NCBI GenBank assembly: GCA_001179505.1
Contig: CDMY01000091.1
Coordinates: 130,819 to 194,818, forward strand
Reading direction: 5' to 3'
DNA length: 64,000 bases
DNA from: Vitrella brassicaformis CCMP3155
Taxonomy: Eukaryota > Protista > Chromerida
How positions within the stretch are numbered: position 1 is the stretch's first letter; the number at the start of each line of letters is the position of its first letter. A program made the position numbers and the translations under genes. Positions 23,901-36,270 of this stretch are shown piece by piece. Under the pieces are notes generated by a model that was not told the origin of the DNA, made no database searches, and saw nothing but the letters and a program-made list of their open reading frames with translations.

Positions 23901-26900
23901 ATGCTGCCGCCCTGAACACAGAAACACACAAGCAGAGAGAACGATCGATTGGCGCCCTTTACAAATATACGGCTGCATTCTGACCTCTCTGCAAGTGCAG
24001 TAAGGATGAATATGGCCATCAAAGTGGCGGCCACAAGCAGAACGTTGATGATAACAATCAGCCACAGGGAGGCACATTCGGTGCACGGCTGCTGGGGCGT
24101 CTGACGCGAGAACCCCGCCTTGCACCGATTGCACACAAACCCCTCATGCCCCTCCTGACACAGACGTACATTAAATAATGCAGACAAACATAAGACTGGC
24201 GACTCTCAGATTCATGCACTGGCCTCCTACCGAGCATATGTCGAGTCCATTGGTCTTGTTGGTGCCGTTGCAGGACGACGGCAATGGACAGCCCATGACG
24301 ACGGGCAGCAAAGTCAGGCCAGAGCCATACCTGAATAGAACACACCATGCCTGAATCTACTCAGTCGCGCCACTCCCTTTTCACACTTTACGTCGTCACT
24401 TCTCGCGTGGCGTTCTCGAATGAGCCACCCGACTGCAGCTTGACAGTCAGTTGGTAGAAGCCCGGCAGCACACTCGCATTGTAGTTGACGGGAACAGGGC
24501 AGTTCAAGCCGTCGAAACAGTCCAGGCAGGTCCATATGACGCGACTTCCGTCATCGCCGCCCTTGCGTACGCCGACAGATCCAGAGGTACACGGCTCACA
24601 CGGTTCGTCGCCCCGCTTTTCGTGACCAAGACGGCAAAAACATGTGGTTGAGCCTTCATCAGAAACTGCACCAACACACATTCATAGACCAACAGACCAA
24701 CAGTGAAAGTCGCAAGAGTCATCGTCATGTGCCTATCATGTCTCTCACCCGCATCATCGGGGCATTGTTTGCACGTTACAGTGTCTGTGCTATTTTCTCT
24801 GTTGCTGTACGAGCCTGCAGGGCATTTTGTGCAATTGGTGCCGGTGCCGTCATAGCCAGGCAAGCACCGACAGAGTTTCTGCTCAGCCACACTCTAGTCG
24901 ACAACTATCCACGTGTTGCATAAAGTCGTGCACTCGAAGGCGGAGTTCTGCGGGATGTAAGCTGCGACGAAGGACACAGCGGCGGTCCTTTGTGATCATA
25001 CCCATTTGTGTGCCGTCCTACCAGCTGGGTTTGGCACCAATGTGTCGGGTCCGACATTCCCGAGGCTCTCCAGATCCTCACAGCTCTACGAGCAGAACAA
25101 AAAAGAGATTCAAACACCGTGATGGTTCTCTGATGACCTTCAGGCCCACCTGTACGTTCAGGCTTGCATCGATGCGCTCGTCAAATCTAAGATGCGGGTT
25201 GCCGTCCAATCTGATGTCCAGGCTGCCAACTCTCCCCCACCACCCGCCGACTCTGAGGTTCGGAGTGTCCGAAGAGTTCTGAACCTCAGAGAATTGCATG
25301 GGGATGCCGAGAAAGTGTGTGTTGCGGGCGGCGGATGGGTGAGCAGGGGTTGCCAGGGAGACAAGTGCGTTGGAGCTGAGCCAGACGGTGGTGAGAGACT
25401 TGAGTACGACCGCAGGGGATAGCTTGATGGCGCGGATAGCATTGCCGGAGAGCTCCAAGCGGCTCAGTTGCTGGAAGCCCTGCCAATACGTTGGCACTCC
25501 GTCTGACAGCACAGATACGCACACAGGGTACATGCATTCATGCATTCATCCAGTCATCCATGCCTCTCTCTTCCTGCAGACCATTATCTTTGTCGATCGC
25601 CCAAAGACTTCCCTCCTCCAGAGTCCCCGTCAGCCCACAGTTGCTGGCCTGCAAGATCCGCAGCTTTGGAGCGTAGGCAAACGGTAGGAAGAAGGCGTTG
25701 ACGTCCGCCTTTAGCAGAGGATTTTCGCTGATGTCCACGGAGGCGAGCTCCTCCCAATTGGGGCCCTGGTCCATGGACTCGAGCATGACGCGCAAGTTGG
25801 CCAGCTGAGCGACGACGAAGTCGCCGTTGCGGAACCAGTCGGCGGGGTGTCTGCCCCAAGTGACCCACTCCTTGATCCGGTTGTGGTCGAGCCTGAGGCT
25901 CTGCACAGACCCCAGAGACCGCCACGACCGTGAGAACTCCTTGAGGCTGTTACGGCTGGCTGACACCTCCTTCAACTCGCAGCAGGGCAGCTCGCCGTCG
26001 AAGTCTTCAAGTCGATTTGAGGAAACATCCAGGAACCTGCGTTTATTAATGGGTTCATTCATTCATTCATTCATCGGGAGAGGGGCGGAGGTACGTACCT
26101 TAGATTTGTGAGGTTCGTGAGTGGCGGGACGGCTCCCTCTAGGAGATTCCCTCTCAGGTCGAGCTCCTCCAATGCAGTCTAAACGCAGGAACAGCCAAAC
26201 AAGCAGCCCAACCAACAAAATATACTATATATTCAAAGCCATTCATCTATTCATTCATCCATTAATCCATCTGCCTCCATCTGTCTTCACCATTACCGCA
26301 CCAGGTTGTTGATAGTCGTGGGCATACTGCCTTGGAGCTGGTTATCTGCCAGCTTCAGCGACCGCAGTAACCGCAGATTCCCCAGGGACGCGGGAATCCT
26401 CCCAGCGAGGCCGTTCCCGCTCAGGTCCAGCGTTGTCAGGCTCGTCAAGTCCCCAAAGCACTCCGGGATGCTGCCCTTAAGCCCCGCGCGAGCTATGTTG
26501 AGGTCGTACAAGGACGTGATGTCACAGAGGGCTTCGGGGATGCCGCCTTCAAGGGATGTGTCCTGCAGCTCAATGAGTCCGAGGCTGGTCAGCTTCTTCC
26601 ACTCGGGAGGAATGTGCCCCGTGACGTTGCGGTTGCCCTGGAGCTTCACAGTCCACAGGACGGGGGACTGGCTGAGCCGCGGCAAAGGGCCTGACAACTG
26701 GTTGCCCTCCAGGTCGAGAGTCTTCAGCTTCGGCAGCTGGCTCTCAATCAGAGGGAGCGGGCCAAATAGTCTGGTGTACTTGAGCCGCAGGGTCACCAAG
26801 CTCTGCATTGAGGCTATAGACGGGTCCAGGGTGCCGGTGATGGGCGTCCAAGATATCGACACGCGCTCCAGGGAGGTCATGTTGTCGAAGGAGCGGGGAA

Positions 26901-27824
26901 GCGGCCCATCGAACGATGTCAGATGTGCCAACGTCAGCAGATTGAGCTTGGAGAGCAATCCGATAGACTCCGGCAGCCCCCCCTCCAGGTTGGGGCACTG
27001 GAAAGCCTCCAGACTGCGCAGCTCCGGCAGCCTGGTACCAAAGTCGTCAGGGAGCCGCCATCGGATTCGCAGATTGCGGAGGATGAGCCCTCTGAGTTCG
27101 GTCAGCTTGGTGACGGTGGGCGGCATCTCGCCTTCGAGCTTGCTGAGTAGAGAGAGGTAGAGCCACCGCATGTTCGTGAAGTTGCCGATTTCTGGAGGAA
27201 TCTGCCCAATGAAGTGGCAGTCTTCGATGAAAAGAGCCATGATAGTCTTGAGGGAGAAGAGCTCGGGCGGCATCTGCGCCTCATCGACCCCACACGTCAC
27301 CGCCTTGTCATCAAAGCCCCTTGTGTGACAAACAAACAGCACAACCACGCATCGTGTCGTGCTCAATAGCGCGGGCCCCCGCCTGCTTACTTGACAATCG
27401 TTCCGTAGCCCCTCCGGAATGTCAGCATGAGCCCCTCCTTTGGATTGTCGTCGCCGACCTCATCCCACCTAATGCAGAAGGCCCACCCCAGATCTGCCTG
27501 CTCGCATATCGACTTGCCCTCCTGCGGTCTGGGGATTCCCAGCGCCTTGGCTATCGCCACCAAAGCACCACGGTCCTCCTCACACTCGGGACAGTCATCG
27601 CGGCCGTTGAGGAACATGTAACCCGACCCCCCGGCCAGTCTCTGCCCACCCGCCGACGCCGAACCAGCCTCATCGTCTTCACCGTCCTCTTGGAGAGCGC
27701 GGGACGGTGCCGCCGCAACAGATGGGGACGCCGTGTCTGATGAGTGCTGCCCACAGACGATGGCGAGCGGGGAAACCAGGAGGAGGTACAAAACCAGCCG
27801 GATTTGGTGGTGCTCCATCATCAC
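20996..27824 (-). pseudogene. Signal peptide + plant-type LRR ectodomain + Cys-repeat modules + multipass TM domain (CRMP-like receptor), with several disablements
   Basis: Signal peptide IRLVLYLLLVSPLAIVCG. Many LxxLxLxxNxLxGxIP repeats (26293-27340, 25560-26040, 25150-25500). Cys repeats CRCLPGYDG..CTKCPAGSYS and CSEGHEGFVCNRCKAGF...PCTEC. TM domain with GFLYAGYRKSFYYWDFLLAMRR and WPF...ILNLSEL. Long cytoplasmic tail ends at 20996. In-frame TAG at 24894-24896, frameshift near 23052, frame problem at 23560-23660. Confidence 0.8.
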
Positions 27825-28989
27825 ATCACGTCACCCCTCGTGACTCAATTTTCGGGATAGAGAGCTGGATCTGCCACAGCAGACACTCGAGGAATGAATC
27901 TGCCGCAGCATCAAATAGCAGATCTGGACTCGGAATCTTCGTGTAGCCGCACAGTCTGCAAAGCAGACAGAACAACACACAGCGTCGCACCGATGCCCTC
28001 GTCCCTCCCTCTCTCCCCTTCTCGCACCTCAATCAACTGGTCGGAGCAAGCGTCCCTCAGAGATGGTGATGCTGCAGTTGGTGCGATCAACAGTATCTCG
28101 ACAGCAGCTGGCACGTCGGACCGTCCCTCACCAGGCCCTGCACTCAGACAGATCAACGTGGGATGCGCACCTCAGTGGGCCGTAGGCAGAGAGATGATCT
28201 GCAGTCAGATCTTTTCAGATTTCTCTTGCATGACGGCCTACCTGGAATGCCTCCGCGCTGACAATCCGCGAATCGGGCTGACACTTCAGCACGGTCGTCG
28301 TCTTTCTCAGACGGAAGGCGTCCGGTCAGACAAAACGGTCGATCACGGTCGAACTAAAAAAACAAAGGGTCATTCCACACCAGTGCTGTGCTGGCACCCC
28401 CACTACTCACCCAGCACGTTGAAACCTCGGAACAAAAGGGAGGGAGTTGACACCATGGGTCGTTCCCGCTTGGCTGCCTAGGGTAATCCTTGAAACCGCT
28501 GCATGCTGCGGATCTTTGCTGCGGATCTCTCTCTTGAGCGTCGAGAGCGAAGACTGTAAAGATCAAGATGACAAGTGGAAAGAAGAGGCAGAGAAGGTGT
28601 TTCTTCTGGCATCACAAGAACAAACACATTAGGAAGGAGGCAACTGATGCATGTTGCTGGAATGGTACGTATGTGTGTGGATATATTGTGCAGATGAAGA
28701 TGGAGGTCCAGCTCCAGATGTCAAGGTGCCTGTGCGTCATCCCTGTCGTGTGCCACATTGAGCGACGCACAACATGGTGACCACTCCAGCACACGTTGTT
28801 GGTGTTGGTTTGTACATGACAGGTTCTCACATCACATGCAGTGACAGCAACACACAACTCGGCAGCAGTGTTCGTCCATGGCTGTCTGATGCTGTGGCTT
28901 TTCAAGCTTTGTGGAGGGTGAGAGGAAGTACATCACGCATCGTGTTCGACGTGGACATCTCGCATCGTGTTTGTCTTTGTGGATCTGTG

Positions 28990-29262
28990 TCACGAGTTCC
29001 GCCTATCCCTCCGACAAGGTAGGTACGAAGAGGAAGGTAGAGCAGACAGACAGGAGGACGTTGACATGGAGTGAATAGATGTGTATCGACCGTCTGCCGC
29101 ACACACAACCGACCTGTATGTGGGTGTTCCCGCAACCCAGTGACCACCGCCTCCGCGTGTGTGCGCAGCTGACGTTTGTGTCCATTGTATGTGAGCACAA
29201 AGTGTTTGTTATGCTCGTCTAGGGTGCGCTCGCACTTGTCGGCCGCCAGTCGTCTGCACCAC

Positions 29263-29312
<50 letters not shown>

Positions 29313-29560
29313 TGTGTGCGTGTGTGCGTGTGTGGGCATCTCATCGTGCCCATCTGTATTTCGATGGATGTATTGCGTGTCCGTCGATGGGTGCGTACGA
29401 CTGCCCGCCTGCCTGCCTGCCTGGATGGATGGATGTGTGTGTGTGTGTATGGATGGGTATGGGAGGAGAAGTGAGCCCTCACATGACATGAGTGGCGCTG
29501 TCTGTAGCCATTAATGGTGCAGCGTGTCATTGGAGCAGTCGAAGTGCTGCAAGCTTAGAC
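28990..29560 (-). pseudogene. Possible isolated exon relics of an unidentified gene
   Basis: Segment RLAADKCERTLDEHNKHFVLTYNGHKRQLRTHAEAVVTGLREHPHTG is bounded by cag|...|gtcgg and flanked by microsatellite introns. An upstream segment LQHFDCSNDTLHH*WLQTAPLMS has an in-frame stop. Confidence 0.3.
29265..29335. repeat. Compound microsatellite (CA)n(GA)n(GT)n, representative of many intronic SSRs in the window
   Basis: cacacacacacacacacacacacagagagagagagagagagagtgtgtgcgtgtgtg; similar tracts occur in most introns. Confidence 0.9.
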
Positions 29561-32500
29561 GTATTGACTGTGTGTCCCTGCCTGTATGCATGCATGTCTA
29601 TGGATATGTTTCAATCCATCCCATCATGCATTAGTGTGGGTATATCATTAGGTTCAATCTGCATTATTGTGTCTGATGCTGTGGCTTCGTGTGAGTTGGG
29701 AGAGGGCACATACATCCTTCACGCACATACTTCACACGCATACTCCATGCACTCTCGGACTGACCGCGTGTCTCACTCGCCTGCCTGTCTCCATAAGTGT
29801 AATCCTACCGACTTCCTCCTTGCAGTTGACACGCCCGCTCCTTTTTCATGCATTGCGGACCTGACCATATGAGATGAAACGATGATACCTCTCGACGGCC
29901 ACTGGAGCCACTCGTGCCAGTCACCATCCATCGTACTGCCACTGCAAGCACCACTGCCGCCTTCCCCGCCCGATTCGCGGCTCTAAGGGCTCCCGCTTGC
30001 GGGGGCCTTTAGTTGGAATGGGAGATAAAGCCGAAGGGACGCCTGTTTCAAGCTCGCACAGGCTAAGCTTGCTGAGGGCACGAGAAGGAAGAGGGAAGGG
30101 AGGAGAGGCAAACGGCGATGCATTGCTGCGTTCTCTTCTTTACTCTGTCGTGCAGGTCGTCTTGAGAAGAAGGGAGAGGACGGGCGTGTGATAGACGCCT
30201 CCCCCGAGGCCACTCACGTTCATATGCGACTTAATTCGGGCGGTGCATGACTCGCTTCCTACCCCTTGACGGGCCCACACATCAGGCGCAGCGATGGACG
30301 CATCGATGGGCTCACACAGGTCGGTAGTGAATGCGCAGAATGAGTTGGGGCTGTCATTCAGTCATTGGATGGCTTCCATATGGATGTCACATCTGCAGGT
30401 TAATGAAGACGGCGAAAGGCCTCGCCAGGATGAGCGAAATGCATTCCATCCAACGGCATCCGTCATGGTGTGCTCAGGACAGCCGTGCACGCCATGTGAT
30501 GACTTCTGTGATCGCATGTGTATCCGCTACCCTTTGCAGGGTGGCCAGCAGGCAGTGCGTGAGGACTGATGGTTCTGTCCTGTGTCGGCCGGTGTCAACA
30601 AGTTAACACACAAGAAGCACAATGAACGGGTAACCAAGCATGAACACACAAGCGGAACACACAGACACTCTCTTTACCCCTCTCTCTTTGTCTGTGTCAG
30701 GAGAGGTGCGGCCCATGCGAGTGGTGTTCACAAGACAGTCATCATCCCCCGAATGTGGCTTTTGGTCGGTGTGTCCCTATCGACTGAGCCAACGTGGGCA
30801 CAAACGCATAACATAGAAACATGTGACACTTGCCAGCCAGTGTTCGCTTCTTTCCATCTTCCATCTTTCGTGCAGGGCGTATGTGAACCCACCGATGTCG
30901 CTGCTCTCACGTAAGCAACATGACACGCACGTGCAGCGTTCGTCGAATAGCCAGAGGCAGCTTTTATTCTTGTCTGTGTGTCAGGAGTCCGTGTGAGGGG
31001 GAGTGAGTGATCGGTCATCGAGGATGGGGAGTGCCTGTCGGTCGGTCCGTGTGGCTTCTTCCTGGCGCCTTGTGATTGATGTTACCCAATCGATTGAGCC
31101 ACTGTAGCCTCACCACAATGGATGGGTACAGACACAAGTGGGGCTCGGCCGCTGGCCTTCACTGACTTACATGTCATTTTTCGTGCAGGGCATATGGGTA
31201 GACACATGAGGGAGAGAAGGGTGTGGATGTCACTGCTCTCACTGCTCTTCTGTCGTGGCTTTGGTGGCTAATCTATCTGCCTGGCGCCGGCCATGCCATC
31301 GCTGTGTGCCAGGTGTTGAGTGGCAGGATCGGTGCATGTGCGTCTGGGCTGTTGATTTCAGTGAGGCGATGCGGTTTTCGATGCCATTCCATGGAGCTTG
31401 AAGGCATCCACTCAGTGCCAATGAAGGTGAACAATATCTCTCCATACACACACTTGCAAACCATGACGTGAAAAGGTCAGCAAGAAACGCAAGCCATTCC
31501 GGTCCACAATGGCTGGCTGGTCGAGTGCTTTGAGCCTTGCTAAGGATCCACTAGAGGTCAATTGAAAAACCTCTGCAGACCCATCCGGCCAGGCGAAAAG
31601 TGAGAGATCTCATTAAGGTGAGCGATTTCACCCAATCTCATCTGCGGCAGCAGCCATCCTCTCCGCCTCTGTCTGCCTTTAATGGCCTCCTCTTGTCCGC
31701 AGAAAAGCGAAATTCAAATTTAAAGCGGCGAGAGTTTTGCGAGCTCGAGACGGAGACAAAAGATTTACGAGTTTACAGCAGTTTCTTCAATTTTCCGTCC
31801 GCGTTCGGCTTTCCAGCCTTGTTTTAGCCACAGATCCTCCGTTTCTTTCTCTTTTCGGCTGGCTGTTGACTTGTGTTGTCCGCCGCATCTCCCTCTACCC
31901 TTCCCAACTCGTCCGGATTTCATCCGCCACTTTTTTCCTCCACCGCCGTGCCCCGGGCGAGGCCTCGTCTGGTGGCGCCCTGACTTCTGTGAAGCGGCTG
32001 GCGACTGCGCGGCATCAGCTGAGTGCGCAGGCGCCTTCTTTGCGCATAGACCGATCTCCAGCAGGTGAGTACATATGAATGTGGCCTAGTGCGTCATGTC
32101 TCTTGGGTGTGGCGATGATTTGGTGTGTGGATGATGTGTAGGGATGAAGGCATGGTGCATTTCGTTGCCATGGGTGTGCTGAGATGCCTCCTGTTGTCGT
32201 GTTTGTGCGTGCAGATGAAATGGTGGTTTGTTCTTTTCATTACCGTCTCATGTTCTCGACGCATTTGTCTGAAGGTTGGTGAGGTGGGTGAGTGCCTCAC
32301 TCAGTCTCATGTTCATGTTCACGTCGGGTTTCCTCTCTGCTGCTTTTCAGAAACGCGATCCTTTGGCCCGACGAAAAAAGCGAGAAAAGGAGACAGATTC
32401 AAAATTGTATCTGATTCATCGTTGTCTCTTGCAGCCGGCCGAGAAGCTTTCCCAATGACGACAACCTCCTGACCAACAGGAAGCATGCGTATGGAAGCCA

Positions 32501-32994
32501 CAAAGGTAGTCGTTTATCCACGTGCTGATTCCTTCACTAGAAAAACGAGCTGTGTCTTCAGACAAAGGCGGAGCTTCTGAATAGGCCAGTCGCCTCATTC
32601 GCGTGACGAACACTCGACATCAGTCCCTTTTGCCTTCTCTTTCAGCTCAGCGAGAGAAGTCTGGCGGTGGCATTTTCTTCTTCCCCTCTCCCAGTGGCCG
32701 GAAAGGCAGGTAAGTAAGGCAGAAAAAAGAGGACAACGCACAATTTGCTCATGTCTCCTCTGTGTTTCCCGCACATTTGGCCGCTTTGGCGGCCATCTAC
32801 CGGCCCCAAGCTGCAGCACCGACTGGTAACCCCCGAATATGACATCCATCCATACATGTGCAGACCCTCGTGTAACTGGCTGCTCCCCCCGGTCATCGCC
32901 GTCATTCCAGGCCGTCAGGAGTCCTTCACTGGGGGCCTGTTGAAGACCTTTTGTCTCTCTTCTTGTCTTGTGGGGGCGGCAGCGTCTCAAGCCC

Positions 32995-34050
32995 ATGTTC
33001 TGCATCGCCAAGGATTTGGGTGACCTGTTGAGCGGCAGCAACAGCTTTGTGCCATTCGGTCGCTTCCGGCGGTCTTTCCATCTGCCCGACGAGTGCCATC
33101 GCACTCAGATGGGCCTGGCGCGGGGGCTGGGGACTTACGACTACCTGAGGGCGCCACAGTTTGACCTCGAAGACGTCCACAACGACAGCTACTCCCGCAC
33201 GTACTTTGACCTGCCCGAGAAGTACAAGTACGACCAGACCACCCAGACGGGCATTGGAGCCGCCGACACGTTCTACTTGCCGGCGCAGCGCAAGACCACC
33301 CACCCCCAGGACACCACCTGCTCGTCGCGCAAGGATGGGCTCGGGCAGCGCAGCAGCCTGACGGAGATGGGCACCTGGAGCCCTCATAAAGGGCTCGACT
33401 AGGATGTCCGTGGTGCAGCGGCAGGTCAGGGTGCTCGAGAGGGCCGAGTGGGAGGGCATGAGGCACTTTGCCAGGCTGAGGGGGGTAAGGAAAGACAGCA
33501 CAATGGGCGGGGAGAGGACACACATACATACGCTACGCTCACTCACTCACTCGACCACACTCGATCTCTGTGTGTCTGATGTGGCCATCTCCCTCCAGGT
33601 CTATCATCAGCATGACGTGTCGTTCTTCGAGCTCGAGGATTTGGGCAGCCACACGTCGCTGCACGGACGCCTCTTCTCCCGGAGTGCGCCCAGCTAGAAT
33701 GCGGCCCAACGGCAGCTCATCGAGACGCTCAAAAAACTCTGCGTCTATGTGTGTATGCCAAGAGACACACCACACACGACATGGTGCAACACAGTGGATG
33801 ACGTCGTCTGTGTGTGGCTTTGTAGGTCATGGGACCTGAAGGACTACTTAGTCGACGGCAGCGGCACCGTCAAGATCGCCGATATGAATGGGGGCCGACA
33901 CTTCCATCCGTACAGTCAGGTCCGACCCCCCACCCCCCAACAGACATCACAGCGACACACACGATATCTCTTGGTGTGTGCAGGATGGGTCAGTAATGTA
34001 CTGCCGAGATGTCTGTGGCGAGCAGCACATCAAATCGCCTGAGGTCTGTC
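32995..34050 (+). pseudogene. Pseudokinase family copy A (disabled, 3'-truncated)
   Basis: Strongly similar to 61934-63383 (GRFRRSFHLPDECHRTQMGLARGLGTYDYLRAPQFDLEDVHND...). A +1 insertion creates GAC TAG at about 33400, and there is a stop plus deletion near 33697. It retains the SWDLKDYLVDGSGTVKIADMNGG exon and ends after the PEV exon. Confidence 0.8.
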
Positions 34051-34990
34051 GCGCCCACACACACACAGACAGACAGACAGACGAGAAGGCACTTTCATGT
34101 GTGTGTGTGTGTGTGTGTGTTTCTGCCGCGAGGCGACTACGACCAGGCCAGCAAGATGGGCGTCGGAGCGGCCAACGGGGACTACTTCCCGGCGGAGAGG
34201 CTGGCCAACCACCCCCAGGACACCTGCCGGTCCTCACGCAAGGACGGCTTGGGGCAGCACAGCACCCTGGCTCAGGTGCCTAACCGGGGGCAGGTCATGG
34301 GGGATGACTGGATGGGGCGGGTCCAGCGGCAGGTGGGAGTGTTGGAGAGGGCTGAGTGGAAGGGGATGAGCCACTTCGCGAAGCTGCGCGGGGTAAGCGC
34401 AGCACCACGGATGGGCGGTGCACAGCCACCTTCACTCGTGTGTGTCTGCTGTGGCCATCCCTTTGCAGGTGTATCATTATCGGGAGTGGTCGTTTTGCGA
34501 GTTCGAAGATATGGACAGCTACAGCACGCTCCACGGGCGCCTCTTCGCACGAAAGGCGCCCATGAGCGAACACGAAGCCCACCATTGGACAAGGCAGCTA
34601 GTGGAGACGCAGCAGGAGCTCAAGAAACTCCGCGTCTATGTCGGGTATGCCCTCAGATACACACACGACATGGTCCAACGCACTGAGTGATGTCACCTGT
34701 GCGGCTTTGTAGTTCATGGGACCTGAAGGACTACTTAGTCGACGGCAGCGGCACCGTCAAGATCGCCGATATGAATGGGGGCCGACACTTCCATCCGTAC
34801 AGTCAGGTCCGACCCCCCACCCCCCAACAGACATCACAGCGACACACACGATATCTCTTGGTGTGTGCAGGATGGTTCAGTAATGTACTGCCGAGATGTC
34901 TGTGGCGAGCAGCACAGCACACCGCCTGAGGTCTGTCGCGCCCACACAGACAGACAGACAGACGAGAAGGCACTTACATGTGTGTGTGTG
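33816..34990. repeat. Near-identical direct repeat of ~290 bp (33816-~34110 and 34703-~34990), offset 887 bp
   Basis: Both copies start ggctttgtag(g/t)tcatgggacctgaaggactacttagtcgacggc and end at gacgagaaggcactt(t/a)catgtgtgtg. They include two exons and their introns. Confidence 0.9.
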
Positions 34991-35339
34991 TGGTTTTTTT
35001 TGCCGCTGCTGATGTCCAGATTGCCGCCAGGCACGCCACCTTTGACCCCGACAAAGCCGCCGTATGGATAATAGGGTGGTTACTCGACAACTTCGACACA
35101 CACACATACAGACAGACGCCATATTCTCTCGCGCTGGGTGCGGCAGGTGTGTGCTGCAGAACATCCTGTTCCACCCCTATAGCCAGGGCACCCACAACTG
35201 CCGGCTGATCACCAACGAGGCCGCCGACTTCATCCAGACAGCCACAGCCACCGGCCCCCAAGAGCGACCGACACTGAATGAGTTGCTGCGCCATTCCTGG
35301 TGCGCTGGGAAGGACACACCCGCCACGCTGGTCGGCTGA
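34132..35339 (+). CDS. Pseudokinase family copy B (kinase body open in frame; 5' part missing or supplied by copy A)
   Basis: Spliced product: HPQDTCRSSRKDGLGQHSTL...DWMGRVQRQVGVLERAEWKGMSHFAKLRG|VYHYREWSFCEFED...WTRQLVETQQELKKLRVY|SWDLKDYLVDGSGTVKIADMNGG...|...TPPEV|...DKAAVWIIG|...NEAADFIQTATATGPQERPTLNELLRHSW. Kinase subdomains III-XI are in order, with HRD replaced by SWD and DFG by DMN. Confidence 0.7.
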
Positions 35340-35699
35340 TTGACATTGTCCCTTTATGTGTGTGTGTCTCGGATTGATCAGGGTCCTGTTTCCACCGCCC
35401 GGCGCCGTCGCTTCTACGCTACCACCACTGTGCACGGGGAGGGCAAGGCTTCGAGCGTGCGACGGGTGGGTGACGTATAGGACCGAGACGGTCGAACAGC
35501 AGCTCACGCCGGCTTCGAGATCGATGGATTGCCAACAATGAATGATGAGGTTAGTCCGGCAAGCAGAGCTAAGTTTCGCTTCTTCATGCAGTCCTTGATG
35601 TGTCTCTTCTGTGTCTGCAGCACTTTCTCATCGCTGGCTACATTTTGTATCTTCTCGAAGGGGATCAACATATTCACTCGCGCGCTGCAATGGTATGTG

Positions 35700-36270
35700 G
35701 CATCATCCCAGGGAGAGACGTAGGGCGGCGATGGGCGATACATCCCGGACTTCGACGTCCTCTCGGTGCCCCAATACGATCTGCAGGATGGCCCGCACTT
35801 ACTTCGACTGGGACGGCCACCATCAGGACACACATGAGGGCAGCCGACTGTCGAGGAACGGGCTCGGGCGGCGCAGCACGCTGCTGTGCGTGGACACGGC
35901 CAACGAGGAGCCTGGCAACGCCATGCAGGGGGTGCAGCTCAAGACTGCAGCGGGTACAGAAGGAGGGACGAGAGCACTTCGCCCGCATCCAGGTGATAAG
36001 CCAAATGTGGTCATCGCCCCTGGTGGGGGGGAGGGGGCGAGGCGTTCAGACATACATGTATTTCTCTTGTCTGTAATATGTAGGCGTATCATCATCGAAA
36101 ATACACATTCCTCGAGTACGGAGACCTCCGGGGGTGGACTACCCTGCAGAACCAGCTCACCAGCTCGACGAAGGAGGGGCGGTCATGACTGAGAAGGCGG
36201 CGAGCGGGTGGGCAAGGGAGCTTCTGGAGAGGCACAGGGAGCTGAAGCAGATGGGCCAATACTTCGGGTA
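35700..36270 (+). pseudogene. Pseudokinase family copy C (old, degraded; a further fragment DAIRSVWDFVRDDNTTLPEV lies at about 37025-37083)
   Basis: Recognisable PQYDLQD, RTYFD, HQDT, SRNGLGRRSTL, EGREHFARIQ| and AYHHRKYTFLEYGDL...WARELLERHRELKQMGQY, with deletions and frameshifts. Confidence 0.65.
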
